DNA from: Chiloscyllium plagiosum
Taxonomy: Eukaryota
Length of the DNA: 64,000 nt
Assembly: GCF_004010195.1 (NCBI RefSeq)
Contig: NC_057718.1
Span: forward strand, 38,979,143-39,043,142
Direction: 5' to 3'
This document shows, one piece after another, positions 63,744-64,000 of the stretch. The notes below the pieces were generated by a model that was not told the DNA's origin, did no database searches, and was given only the letters and a program-made list of their open reading frames with translations. The translations under genes were made by a program, and so were the position numbers. The number at the start of each line of letters is the position of its first letter. The first letter of the stretch is position 1.

Positions 63744-64000
63744 TCCTTCTCCATAACTGATGACAATGGAGGGGGGAGGCATCCATTGGAGGTGATGGAA
63801 GTGGTGACTTATGATCTTTTAGATGTAGATGTTGTGGGGTATTGTGGGAGGGGAGAGTAATGGTGAGTGCAGATGAGCCCTCTTTGGAAATGTTCACCCT
63901 GCTGTCACCTAATTTGGTTCAACTCTGACTCCTGCTTTTCTTCCTCAACGTTTACCTGGACAATGCATCCTCATATCCTCCATTACATTTTCCCAGTTTT

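Noticed and set aside
1..64000. CRISPR arrays, rRNA/tRNA genes, prokaryotic or viral operons; the many 60-120 aa ORFs
   Set aside because: No spaced direct-repeat array or structural RNA gene was seen. tRNA-like pieces are SINE heads, and the short ORFs are TE fragments or random.

Overview
AT-rich vertebrate genomic DNA, almost certainly an elasmobranch (shark-type HE1 SINEs, CR1, Penelope and Deu-type SINEs; inferred, no database search run). The window is intronic. The only host coding sequence I can support is one 202-bp + strand exon of hedgehog acyltransferase (HHAT, MBOAT family, YWHG catalytic His) at 53651-53852. The rest is layered transposon debris: many CR1 and L2/CR1-group LINE fragments, a 5' L1 fragment, a Gypsy pol remnant, two probable solo LTRs, PIF/Harbinger transposase and Myb/SANT fossils, and three Penelope-like elements (PLEs). 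The most notable structure is a set of minimal type-I hammerhead ribozyme motifs from at least three PLE families. They occur both in autonomous-type copies and in short (140-190 bp) fold-back hairpin insertions with their own target-site duplications. There is also a 207-bp, ~97% identical inverted duplication of non-TE sequence, and an 819-N assembly gap at 18534-19352. Most TE boundaries are approximate.
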